Source of the DNA: Octopus sinensis
Lineage: Eukaryota
Assembly (NCBI RefSeq): GCF_006345805.1
Contig: NC_043008.1
Coordinates: 73,842,001-73,906,000, forward strand
DNA length: 64,000 nucleotides
Direction: 5' to 3'
Each line of letters starts with the position of its first letter. Positions within the stretch are counted from its first letter, which is position 1. Below, in pieces: positions 11,817 through 23,620 of the stretch. The notes beneath the pieces were generated by a model. That model ran no database searches. It saw only the letters and a program-made list of their open reading frames with translations, and was not told the DNA's origin. The translations under genes were made by a program, and so were the position numbers.

Positions 11817-11821
<5 letters not shown>
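11675..11821. repeat. Foldback of two divergent tRNA-like SINE heads
   Basis: 65-bp arms 11675-11739 and 11757-11821 pair at 59/65 around a 17-nt spacer. The arms carry an A box (GCGTAGTGGTT) and B box-like (TTCGATT) motifs. Confidence 0.88.
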
Positions 11822-11860
<39 letters not shown>

Positions 11861-11908
11861 TCGAAAAAATACCTTAAGAATAAGAATCCAGTTTCGAAAT
11901 TTCCCCAA

Positions 11909-11954
11909 GACGCCTGATGTAGGCTGGTGGGTATATCAGCCGAAACGTTTGATA
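11909..11954 (+). ncRNA. Minimal hammerhead ribozyme-like motif (A9 mutated, helix I eroded)
   Basis: CTGATGT-A-GGCTGG-tgggtata-TCAGCC-GAAAC-GTT: 6-bp helix II including one G-U pair, palindromic AACGTT helix III. Confidence 0.55.
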
Positions 11955-12040
11955 GCAACAAACAATTTGAGGACAAATATCCGTCAAATGTAAATAATGT
12001 AAATAATATACGTAATTCCTCATCTCTTAAATATAGAACT

Positions 12041-12043
<3 letters not shown>

Positions 12044-12098
<55 letters not shown>

Positions 12099-12190
12099 CA
12101 TCATCATTATTGTTGTTGTTGTTGTTGTTGTTGCTGCTGCTGCTGTTGTTGTTGTTATATTGATGTAGTTCTTACTATTGTTACAGCTGC
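12044..12190. repeat. Compound trinucleotide microsatellite (TTA/TCA/GTT/GCT)
   Basis: Directly visible. Confidence 0.95.
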
Positions 12191-12877
12191 TGCAGCAACT
12201 TAGCAAATTGGCATAATCATTAGAGTGGTGTGAAGATACGCAGTGTTTTTGTCAAACCCCTTTAAGTCTGTTTTGCTTAAGTTGTTAAAATACTGCGCCC
12301 ATAATTACTAAGAGCAATCGAGTCGATTATATATTCCTCAAACGCATGACCTTCTGCGTATGCTTGATATGCATAGATGATTGCAAACAGAAATTCAATA
12401 CGGAATCAAAAAATATTCAGGTGTTTCTTACATGAACGTAATACGTACGAACGGAGCTAGGGTTAACTTTACCATTCATCTAATGAAGGTTAACAGGCAA
12501 AAAAACCCCCAAAAAACCAGTAATATCATGGTCGATTGAATTATCAATAATTCCCTCTTTACAAATGAGCAGATGTTAGACTATGAAAAAAAATCATGAT
12601 ATTTTGATGTAATTTTCATTTAGGCATTGCAACATAATTTTGATATCCAAAATGCATCAGAAATTACTTTTCAACGACTAGGTTACACGGACTGATTAAC
12701 TCGACTAGATACATATTTACATGATATTATTCATAGCTTTGACTGTTTCAAGACCCACAGTTCTAAAATAGGATTATTCCACTTTCTCTTGAAAGGTTAT
12801 AAATTCTTATCAAGTCAACAATATATTCAAATATATTTATGCATCCCTCTCCCTCTCCCCTCTCTCTCTCTCTTTCG

Positions 12878-12929
<52 letters not shown>

Positions 12930-12946
12930 GAGTACAGTGGTCACTA

Positions 12947-13483
12947 ACGTGACTGAGGGTGTTAGTAAGCACCAGCATTGATAGACATAAAAGTGAAAAC
13001 AACCCTTGAGAGCACTGTTCTAATAGTTGACAAGAGAGTCAGGCTCCCTCCCTGTGACAAGTGAGATGGAGTCATATCAGCGCTGAATTCAGATTTAATC
13101 AATCTTCATTAGTGACCCATTTCTCTGTAGCACCCATCGTCACTTTAGTGACGGCTGTACTTCTTGCCTTTCGATTGTAAATTGCGAATCGAAACCATAA
13201 TAAATTATAATTCTCACTTCACCATTTGCGGAATCATTTGATGTTAACTTTGGTGTTCTCTATAAGGCTGACAGGGTGGCATAGTTTCTTTAACACTCAG
13301 CGAAGAAGTAATAGGGCACTGATGGAGATTGACTAAATATATAATCAGGGCTGATATGACTCCATCTCGCACGTCGTAGGGAGGGAGCCTGCCCTCCTTG
13401 TCAGCCGTGAGAAAAGAGTTGTTTTGATTCTTATTTGTAGCAATGCTGGGAATTATGTAATTCTTACCCAACCCTGCCACGTA
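12947..13483. mobile_element. Foldback MITE-like element with long imperfect inverted arms
   Basis: Inner arms 13028-13086 and 13345-13403 are clearly complementary. Outer arms (ACGTG...AGGGT...CCAGCATTG...AAAACAAC) pair more loosely. The right end abuts TA. Confidence 0.7.
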
Positions 13484-14974
13484 CAGCTATATTTAAAATC
13501 GATATTATTATGAAATGAATTTGTTTCCATAGCTACGTTCCTGTATTTAATATAGCTTTACCTTTTACACAGCACTTCACCTAATCTTTGAATCTATTTC
13601 TTAACTTTTATATATTGATCAACTAAATTCATCTTTTAAAAGGAGGTCAGCTGATGGAATATCCTGTAGTGAGCAGACAAATTTCCATGGATCATTGCAT
13701 GTGTTTGTGTCACCCTATAAAACTAGCTAAATCACATTCCTCTCGAACGAATGTTAATTGTCCGATTTCAAACTATCACACACACACACACACTCATACA
13801 AACAACACGCACGCACACACGCACACACATTTACACTCACGCACACATTCACACACTCTAGCACATTCGCATAGAACGTCATTCCGGATAAGAAGGCAGC
13901 ACCTTCTTAATTATTATATCTTTTAATCTGCATTAACCTTTTCTTATTCTCCTTGTCTCGCGTCCTCTTTCCTTCTTTGTCTATTTTGCTCCTTTTCCCT
14001 TCTCTCTATTCTTCCCTTCATCTCTCGTGTTCGACAAGGGGTTTCAGTTATTCAATCAATTATTTATAATTGTTACTGCTGTAACATTCCAGCAACTAAT
14101 TACCATCATTCACCACACACTTATTGTTGCTCTTTCATTTCCGTCTGGTCTGCTGGATTATTTCACAAACTTTGTCAATACATTATTCTCTATAGAAATA
14201 TCTGGAGACACCAGTTACGTTATATGCACACTCGTTTCTCTTTGTTTTTTGTTGTTTCTTTTGGCCAATTTTCTACTTCGCATTTGTCTTCCTTTACTTC
14301 TTTATCGTACATGTCTTCTGTCCTTGGTTTTCTTCAGTATTTTTCATATTCTTGTTAGTGGCTGCGTGGTTCTGTTCACGATTATTGCAGTTACTTTTTC
14401 TGATTTTGAGGCCGCTTCTTCGTCATCACCTTCATCATTACCATGGTCATCATTAGCTTCCTAGTTTTCTCAAACTACTAAAGATTTTTCTTTCTTTTTC
14501 AACATACTCAGTATGATGCGACCTGCCAATTGGAAGTGGTCACATATACCAATTATCAGACGAATCGGTTGCTTGATAAATTGCAAGATTGTCATTGAGA
14601 ATAATAATAACGAGATAATCAGGCATGAGTAAACCATGACTGCAGATTAACTGTCATTCTATATAAAACGAAATGTGTGAATTAAATAGACTGCTCTTTC
14701 TAAATTTGAACACTGCAATGATGTAAAATAACCAGTGTGGGACTATTTGGAGCGGATGTGAGGGCCTGATTACCTCTGATCCCTATGACTCATACCCTGA
14801 CATTTCTCCCGTAATCTATGCCTTCAATAGCACACCACTCTATTCTCTTACATGCAGTTTGTTTGTGCAGAGGAAATTCACATTGGGATAGGCCACCGCA
14901 TCCAAACTCTACTACCATCAGTAGACTTGAAGTCAACGGCGAAATTTTCTATTTAACTGTGTGGTTGCTGTAAT

Positions 14975-15015
14975 ATTTGTTGCTGCTGCTGCTACCACCA
15001 CCACCACCACCACTA

Positions 15016-15053
<38 letters not shown>

Positions 15054-15230
15054 TCTGCTACTGGTACTGGTACTACTACTACTACTACTACTACTGCTGC
15101 TGCTACTACTACTACTACTACTGCTACTACTACTACTACTACGACTACGACTGCTTAGGGTGCTGCTGCTGTTGCCACTACTGCTAATGTCACTGCTGCT
15201 GGTGCTTATGCTACTACAACAGCTTCTACT
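14975..15230. repeat. Compound microsatellite (GCT/ACC/ACT)n
   Basis: Directly visible. It explains the poly-T/A/L ORFs. Confidence 0.95.
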
Positions 15231-17070
15231 GTCGCTTAAACCAATAGTACCACTTTACTATTAAATAGCGTGATAAATTTGAGAGCTGATGGATTTGGTT
15301 TCCGATTGAATGCTATTCCTCTTACAAGATAAAAACACACTGGATTCTCCAGTGGTTATTTAATAATTAGTAAAATATCTAACGAGACCTTTATTAGGCA
15401 TGTTCCTTCAGTTCCAGCCAGTTGGAGTCCTTGCGTAATCGAGCCGTCTCTTTGATGCGCATGCCCCAAATCACAGGGATTCTTGGTATTGGTATGTTGT
15501 GTTCAGTCTTAATAGTGTTCAGTGGATGAAGCTATGGTTACCCGCGGATGGAAACATTCTCTGTTGCAAGGGGCTAATTTTGTTTTCTGTAAGACTAATA
15601 CTGGAACCAATTCACAGGATTAAGTGATTATCTCACAAATAAACGCGTGATCATGTGTTACATCAAAGAATTAAATCAAGATTAATTTTAAAATAATGAC
15701 ACCCAAGTAGAATATCCTCCTCAACTTCCAAAATATCAGAAGATCAATGTTATCCCTGAAAACTGCACTCGTGTTCAAAAGAGTCTAGCATTTGAACCAA
15801 CAAGAAATGTGTGTACGGTTCATCTATGATCACTGGGATAGAAAGATTCTTGCTGTATTGAGGGAACGAGTTTTTCTACAACCCACATTATCAATTCCAA
15901 TAGATCTCGGTTTTTAAAGATATTTCCTTCACACATAAATGAAATCCATTTGGTTACGTTGGATTACAAGCTCTCTTACGACTATAAATCTTCTGATCTT
16001 GTCTGTACTCAATAATCCTGTCACCGAACTCGCACTAATTTTATGCACAAAGATAATCAACTATAACAGTACAAAGGCAATCAGTTACATTTAACAAGGA
16101 AACAATCTTGCAATTAACCACCACATTTCCAGCGATGCATCTTTGATGCTAGGTTTCTGTTCTGATCCTAGATGAATGGGTATACCACACACAAGCCGCA
16201 CATATTTTACTTGCTACGTTCATAAAAATATTGTCTCATCTAATGATGACACCTTGAATAATTGATGAAGTATCATTGTACGACAAATTACGACCACCAT
16301 TTGATATATTTGTGTTCTACTTTTGTGTCTTAAATTAACAATACGGCGGGCGTAGACATTGCATGATCTAATGATTAAAAACTATACTTTGCAATCGACT
16401 GGAAATCGTCATAAGTGCGAAGTGGGGTGTGAAAATTATGAGCACTCTTCGCACTTTTGCATTCGTAATTATAATTGTACTCTTAATTCGGATACTATGA
16501 CCTTGGCACATTTGTCGCACTCATCCTGCATGGGTACCGCATCACGGGATTTCTTGGTTATTTACATATTGTAGTTGCACTGTATTACATATTACGCGGT
16601 ATTGTATTTGTAGATTACCTGGTTGCTTACATATTGTAGCGAGTTGACAACTTAGTTGCCAATGCTCGCAGCTAAAGCCAGTAAATCTCTCAAGCTGAAC
16701 TAGCAATACCTGCATACTATCTTCCCCATTTATGACATCTCTCCTGTCATCATACTCTCTGTTGCACTCAAGTAATCATATATAGCAGTGTCGATACAAT
16801 TTCTTACAATGCATGGCATTCCTTTGGTGACTACTGGTGATTTTCATCACAAAATGGAACGAGCAGAAATTTTGCTTACCTTTAAAGCTAAAAAAAAGAA
16901 AAATAACAGATAGCACTGACCTTATGAACAAAAGTCCACTGGTCATTAAATAATAATATCTTGAAAATTTCTGCTTAAATCATATCAGAGTCACTGACTA
17001 TTGTTCTCTGTAAACGGTCTATCAGGTAAATTCCACTCTATGTTTAAACAGTAATACACGGCAATCGATA

Positions 17071-17471
17071 ATATTCTTTTCTACTCTAGGCACAAGGCCT
17101 GAAATTTTGGGGGAGGGACCAGTTGATTAGATCGCCCCAAGTACGCAACTGGCACTTAATTTATCGACTCCGAAAGGATGAAAGCAAAGTCGACCTCGGC
17201 GAAATTTGAACTCAGAACGTAAAGACAGACGTAATACCTATTTCGTTACTACCCACAAGGGGCTAACCACAGAAAGAACTTACAAGGACAGACAAACGGA
17301 TTAAGTCGATTATATCGACCCCAGTGCGTAACTGGTACATATTTAATCAACCCCGAAAGGATGAAAGACAAAATCGACCTCGGCGGAATTTGAACTCAGA
17401 ACGTAGCGGCAGACGAAATACTGATAAGCATTTCACCCGATGTGCTAACGATTCTGCCAGCTCGCCACCTT
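17071..17471 (-). mobile_element. SINE family 3, dimeric copy
   Basis: Reverse-complement homologue of 10658-11048, including head, linker and tail. Confidence 0.88.
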
Positions 17472-17484
17472 ACGGAACTCGATA

Positions 17485-17660
17485 AGATTCTTTTCTGCTC
17501 AAGGCACAAGGCCCGAAACATTTGAGGACGGGCTCAATCGATTAGATGAACCCCAGTACGCAACTGGTACTTAATTTCTCGACCCCGAAAGGATGAAAGG
17601 CAAGATCGACCTCGGCGGAATTTGAAATCAGAACATGAAGACAGCATTTCGCCCGGCACT
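17485..17660 (-). mobile_element. SINE family 3, 5'-truncated monomer in tandem with the previous copy
   Basis: GGCACAAGGCCCGAAA...CGACCCCGAAAGGATGAAAGGCAAG...CGACCTCGGCGGAATTTGAA body. Confidence 0.85.
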
Positions 17661-18049
17661 CGATAATATTGTCTAGAAACTATAATCAGCCATCTCTTCA
17701 CTAATATACAGCACTACATCATATTTATTCTCTTTCTCACACACGCACACGCACACACACACACATACACCAAAAACTTGTGTGAACTTTATAAGAAAAA
17801 CCTGTTGACATCCAAAAGTGATACTATAAAAGATTAACTTCATTTACTTCAGTTTATTTTCCCTCCTATTACAGCATAACTAAATCGTCTTTTAAAATTA
17901 TTGAAACTGGTAATATATATTTATAAAAATGTAATTCTATTGTTCGCTTTGTTCATGATAAAGTTTTCAAAGAGTTTTCTTATTCTTTAATAATAAGCAC
18001 GCACACGCATTCACATTCACATAAATGCTTATATAGTTAATCCAAACAT

Positions 18050-18242
18050 GAAAACATAAAGAGAAAACACAACAACGCGAGGACGTGGAGCAAATATAGT
18101 ATTATTGGACGCTCAGGAAAGAAGGAAAGAAGGAGGGTTTAACGTTTCGAGCGGAGCTCTTCGTCGGAAACATAGGAGAAGGAAAGATCCAGAGAAGGGA
18201 AGACAGAGGAAAAAAAATCGCCGACGGTACACATGCGGTCAC
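18050..18242 (-). mobile_element. Small (TA)n-adjacent interspersed element with a hammerhead-like motif; second copy at the window end
   Basis: Homologous to 63825-64000 (CAACGC.AGGACGTGG...CGAGC.GAGCTCT...CACATGCGGT.AC). Confidence 0.7.
18137..18171 (-). ncRNA. Minimal hammerhead ribozyme-like motif (U4C variant)
   Basis: Minus strand GUUU-CCGACGA-A-GAGC-ucc-GCUC-GAAAC-GUU-AAAC: 4-bp helices I and II and a palindromic AACGUU helix III. Confidence 0.55.
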
Positions 18243-18249
18243 ACATACT

Positions 18250-18293
<44 letters not shown>

Positions 18294-19221
18294 AATATGT
18301 TTATATATATATACATATACAAATATGTTTATATATATATATATATACATATTATTTGGTAGCTGAGTATCTCTCATGTGTAAGGGTATATATTAGTCAT
18401 ATAGACTGCATGTTTTTAAATAAATATATCAGTAATGCACCGGGGCGCATGCCCTCACGGTAGTATCCCGCTTTCCATTCCAGTGTCCTCTTGTGCCAAC
18501 TTTAGGATTTCCTGCACGAAAGGAGAAATCAACATTTATTTATCTCTCTCTCAATTTTTGTATTTCATAGAAACCACGATATAATTTAATTTGATTGTAT
18601 TGCTAATAATATTATTCTTTTCTTATGGTTTATATGACTTAATTGCAATTTAAATTTTAAATAACACCAATATTTAAACAATGTGTTATTTGATGAAATA
18701 GTCAGACTTGCTGTGAACATTCACCCACCCAGTTTTATACTTTGAACAATTACAGTTAGCTTCCGCATGTGTTTCTGCCATTGTCACGAACATTTCCTGA
18801 TGTTTGGAAAAATACAAAAATGAAATGAATAAATAATTAAATGAATGAATGAATGAATGAAAGAACAAGTAACTAAATAAATAACTAAATAAATTAATAA
18901 ATAAATTACTGTCACATCACATGTTGAAATAACATTGATCATTACTGGAAAGTGAAGTAAGAGAAGCAATGTAACTACTGGTAGGTCTAACAGAAACACT
19001 AGCATGATAGTAGTAGCAGTAGTTAGGTTATAGTTATTGTTATTGAGTAAACAATAACTACACTGAATGATCAACATTTTTACCTGTGGCCGGCAATTTT
19101 TATTGCGTAACATGGCATTCTTCAGCTCCAAGTCTATATAAAGCATGGGATTTTCATTGAAGAGAAATACAAACAAGTGCAATCAAGTGGCTACAGCTGT
19201 AATTATGAGGTCATGATGATG

Positions 19222-19590
19222 GTAATTGATTTGCTTTCAAACCACATGGTCCGGGTTCAGTCCCACTGCGTAGCACCTTGGGCAAGTGTCTTCTACTATA
19301 TCCTTCGTGAGTGGATTTGGTAGACGGAAACGCAAAAAAGCCCGTCCTATATATATATATATATATATATATATGGTTGTGTTTGTCTGTGTTTTCCCCC
19401 ACCATCGCTTGACAACCGTTGTTGGTGTGTTTACGTCCCCGTAACTTAGTGGTTTGGCGAAATAGACCGATAGAATAAGTACTAGGCTTACAAAGAATAA
19501 GTCCTGGGGTCGATTTGTTCGACTAAAGGCGGTGCCCCAGCATGACCGCAGTCAAATTACTGAAACAAGTAAGAGGATAAAAGAATATGC
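19222..19590 (+). mobile_element. SINE family 1
   Basis: ACCACATGGTCCGGGTTCAGTCCCACTGCG head, internal (TA)n, tail CAGCATGACCGCAGTCAAATTACTGAAACAAGT. Confidence 0.88.
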
Positions 19591-20683
19591 GTAAAACTAT
19601 CATTTGATGGTAAACGAAGATCGGTTTCGTCTGAAATTGTCGTTTATATACTGTATAAAATATTTAATGGTACTTATATTCATATTCTAGCGATTGAGTT
19701 GTAACGTGTGCGCAAACATATCATTTCGAGCAAGACTGATTGATGATAACACTTGAATATTAAATGATTTATATTCATTTTAAGTTTCTTCTAACTGATT
19801 TCAGCTCTAATATGCCCGTTTTGTGATGTAGGAATTAACATGAAACCTTCTTTGGACACAGAACAAACATATGGGTTTCTAGGGTACAGCAAAAAATGTA
19901 TTGTTCATCACTTATGTTTTTCCAAAGTTTTCAAAATATCTCGCGATATTCTGTATAAGGCATTACTAAAATTTTTAATATCATTCTGCCTGCTTGACGG
20001 CCAATTCTAATTTATCTTAAATGGATTAAATTATGAGTTATTGGCTTATATCTGTGAGCTTTTCTGCAAGGTATGGAGATGAACTGATTTTCCTAATGAA
20101 TTAATGAATACCAGGTTCCTATAATCTTCTTGTTTAGTATTTAAACAATAGGCTTTACTTATATCACACCCCACACCTGTTAGATAATATTCTCATGATA
20201 TTATTCCGTGCTCGTGAAATTCATGTCATCCATTAATAGTTGACATCCTCATACTCCTACACATGCTTACAGTAAAACCTTCGCATGGCTGCAATAAGGA
20301 CACACAAGATACTGTATCAATAAGGACTGCACATAGTGATTGGTTTTAGCAACCAGCAAGCTGGAATATAATGACATCTGGAATATTTGTGTTTTCGTTT
20401 TCAAATATGGCAGCTGCAGTCTTCCTGTGTTTTATAGATTAATCTTCTACATGAATAGAAAACACAGGGGACTGAAACATTTTAGAGTCATGGAAATACA
20501 AAGCATGTGTAGGGTGCTGTTTTTAGAAACATTTACTAAACTCGCATGGTACTTCAAATATTTTTACTAACTCATACACTAAAAGGGAAAGATGTGTTTC
20601 AAGAAAGTTATATTTTACTTTTGTGGAGAATTAGTGGCATAGCAAGTGACCTGATCTGAGATTGTGTGCTGAAACACAAACTA

Positions 20684-20875
20684 TTGCAGCGTAGAAGGTG
20701 TTGATAAGCCATTTAAAAACACGCAAAAACCGTTAGATTCACTTCAACATTTAAATTTAATTTGTCAAAATATTTTCATCTCCCTGAAACCGCGACCTGT
20801 TCCTTGACAAAATGAAGTGAATCTAACGGTTTTTGTGCGGTTTAAAATGGCTTATAAACACCTTCCACGCTGCAA
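20684..20875. repeat. Long inverted repeat (63-bp arms, 66-nt spacer)
   Basis: 20684-20746 pairs with 20813-20875 at 57/63. An inner TTTGTCAA/TTGACAAA stem lies in the spacer. Confidence 0.9.
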
Positions 20876-21210
20876 GTGTTTTATATTTTACTTTTTTTCT
20901 GTATTTATATCATTGTCTTCGTAATGTTTTTCTATTTATGCATTAGTGATAATTCATAATACGCGTGTATTAATTATAAACTATATGTTTATTTCTATTT
21001 AGTTCGTTCATAATATTATGAATCACCGTAGTCTCCTTACTATCAGTTTTGTACTTTACGCTCTAAGTAGCGCAGAAATAAAATGGAATATTGGATGTGA
21101 GCTAAAGGAGGATAACCAAAAGCAGAAATGCACCACCAGAAGAAACTGGCCATGTCATTTTGCTGAAAGAAGTTGAGTATATGCCGGGATATTATATCCC
21201 TCCTCTTAGA

Positions 21211-21248
<38 letters not shown>

Positions 21249-21302
21249 AGCTACATCTGATGGACTGGTCGGTCACGTGATCACGTGATATATATATATA
21301 TA

Positions 21303-22205
21303 TGGTCTGATCAATAAGTCTCCGGACTATTGTCACAGTAACAAAGCTAAAGACGCAGAAGATGCAGAGTGAAGACAAACCGTTTAGCACAGATTGATGC
21401 AAAATTCTGTTTTGCTCGCGCACTAAGTTTCAGCGTTCTAGCTCACTTCCGCTGTATACAACAGTGCTCGGAAAGCGGTTGCGTTGCGTCTGATAGTCGC
21501 ATTGAACATGTTAGAAAACGATGAGCAGAAAATCTGCATCAAATTTTGCCAAAAGATTGACGATACCTGCTCAGAGGCCTACGCAAAGATTTCAAAAAGT
21601 TTCCATCATTCTCAACCCAATCAATGAGATTTTGTGTAAGTGAAACCCAAGTTCCTTTTTACTCAGCTGAAAGCAGCTTTGGCGCGAAGTTGGCAAACTC
21701 GCGTCTCATACCCAAATCTTCGTGATAATAGACTGAAATAAACCATAACTAATCTGCACACTCTCTGATAACCCAAGCATGGTAATTCGATGATTTCCCC
21801 TCACAGATGCACGCATACCTGCGATGTTTTTCTCAGTTCTGCTGGTTGCGTGTCTCCCAGAACGTTCGTCAATATCGCCACTTTTTCGGCCATCTTGGAA
21901 CCATCTGAATCACTCGTAGACTTGCTTGTGGCTCATACACTTATCTCCATACAATTTCTGCAACGTTGCGTTTGCCTCTGAGCAAGTATCACCATGGAAA
22001 CTGTCTTTTTCATGGTCAATGCGACGACCACACGCTACACACGTTCCTTCCAAGCACTGCTGCAAATAGCAGAAGTACGATAGAACGTTAAAACTTAGTG
22101 TGCACGCAGAGCAGTGGTCCAAGTCAATCTGCGCGTAGCGCATTTGGTCCACGTGTTTCAGTTTCGTTACTATAGCAACCGTTCGGATACTTATTAATCA
22201 GACGA
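21303..22205. mobile_element. Non-autonomous mariner derivative made of two inverted 5' ends, copy 1
   Basis: TIR GGTCTGATCAATAAGTCTCCGGAC at the left and its inverse at the right. Plus-strand arm encodes ENDEQKICIKFCQKIDDTCSEAYAK. Minus-strand arm encodes DTCSEANATLQKLYGDKCMSHKQVYE...DGRKS..IDERSGR. Junction near 21588. Confidence 0.88.
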
Positions 22206-22252
22206 CACACCACACACACGCACACAAACATATGTATGTAATTATATAAATA

Positions 22253-22350
<98 letters not shown>

Positions 22351-22949
22351 GCATACACATTTATTTATTTATGCATTTTTTATTAAGGATTTTGTGATGA
22401 TTGATATATAGAAAGGATGAAACTCTTGTTGCCATAGTGGAGAATGGAATGTTGGCATTATTGCTATTGTTAATCATTAAAAGGATGATGAGGAAGGGAA
22501 TGAAGAGAATCATGACAATTGTGGAAATGATGTTCTTGAGTGTGACCATGCTATTACTTTGTGTTTGCTGTATTTTATCAGGAAATATTCACTTAGCATT
22601 GGCAGCGTGGAGATCTAATTAAAAGTCTTTGACCTATATAATCAATTGATGTAAAGAAATCTTGGTGTATAAGAGGGAAGTAGGTAGTGAAAATAAATTG
22701 AACTGGGAAGGAATAAAGAGAAGGAATACTTGCAAAGTTAGCGGATTCGTGACGAACAACAATTAAAAGCCAGACCTGAATGTAATGCACTTCTTTACGA
22801 GATGCTAAGCATTTACCATACATAATTAATAACAATGAAGGAATGAAGCAACTGTGGAGTAAAGCAACCACGTTGAAATATTCAACAGATCTTGAACTGG
22901 AATCAGATGAATATATATATATACATATGTGTGCATATGTGTGCATACA

Positions 22950-22988
<39 letters not shown>

Positions 22989-23199
22989 ATAGCATTCACA
23001 CAATTGTGTGTGAATAATGTTCTTAAGGTCATCATTTACTCACATGCGACCACTTCTAGGCCTTGTCACTAATTCAGTTTTTAACCAAATTAGTCGATGT
23101 TTACATTTTCAGATTGGTTTCATCCTGAGCTACACTGTCAACTACAAAATTAGAAAATTGCTTCGGTACATAAAAGGTTTCAGTGAAATATGCGAGGTT

Positions 23200-23620
23200 A
23201 AAAACGGGAGACTCACGCCTGTAATCGACTTTGAATCCATTTTTAAAAGAAATCTATATTTTATCATAACTTATATGATAGATATCGGTGAGAGGAATCT
23301 ATCCATATTACTTTTTCAGTAGGAAAATTTACTGAGGTAAAAGCCGGCAAGAGAAAGTGGAGATTAACGCCTGAAATTAACTTTAACTCAAAATATTATT
23401 CTTACTTCAAAAATAAACTATAAATTCAACTTTTCTGATAGATCTCCACAAGACGAATCCGATGAGGCCAGTTTATCAAAGCAAACAATTTTAATAAAAA
23501 TTTACTGGGACCAATTGTGCCGATAAAAATGGTAACGCCTAAAATCAATTTCAAAACCTAAAATTCTTTTGTTTTTACTTCACATGATAGAACTCATCAA
23601 GACAAGTGTCGTGGTGTTAA
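23200..23620. repeat. Degenerate ~150-170-bp tandem repeat
   Basis: T(A/C)ACGCCT..AAT..A(C/T)TT motif at 23213, 23365 and 23533 (spacing 152 and 168). Confidence 0.5.

Noticed and set aside
14027-14464. 145-aa hydrophobic ORF, and an acidic minus-strand frame EANDDHGNDEGDDEE
   Set aside because: Low-complexity composition and no recognisable domain. The sequence upstream of the would-be minus-strand acceptor is purine-rich rather than a polypyrimidine tract.
15400-15600. Possible RTE-type LINE C-terminus on the minus strand
   Set aside because: Only a vague resemblance (RG.P..L.TIK), too decayed to support by eye.
20747-20812. Hammerhead in the spacer of the 63-bp hairpin
   Set aside because: GAAA and a palindrome are present on the minus strand but there is no CUGANGA-like core.
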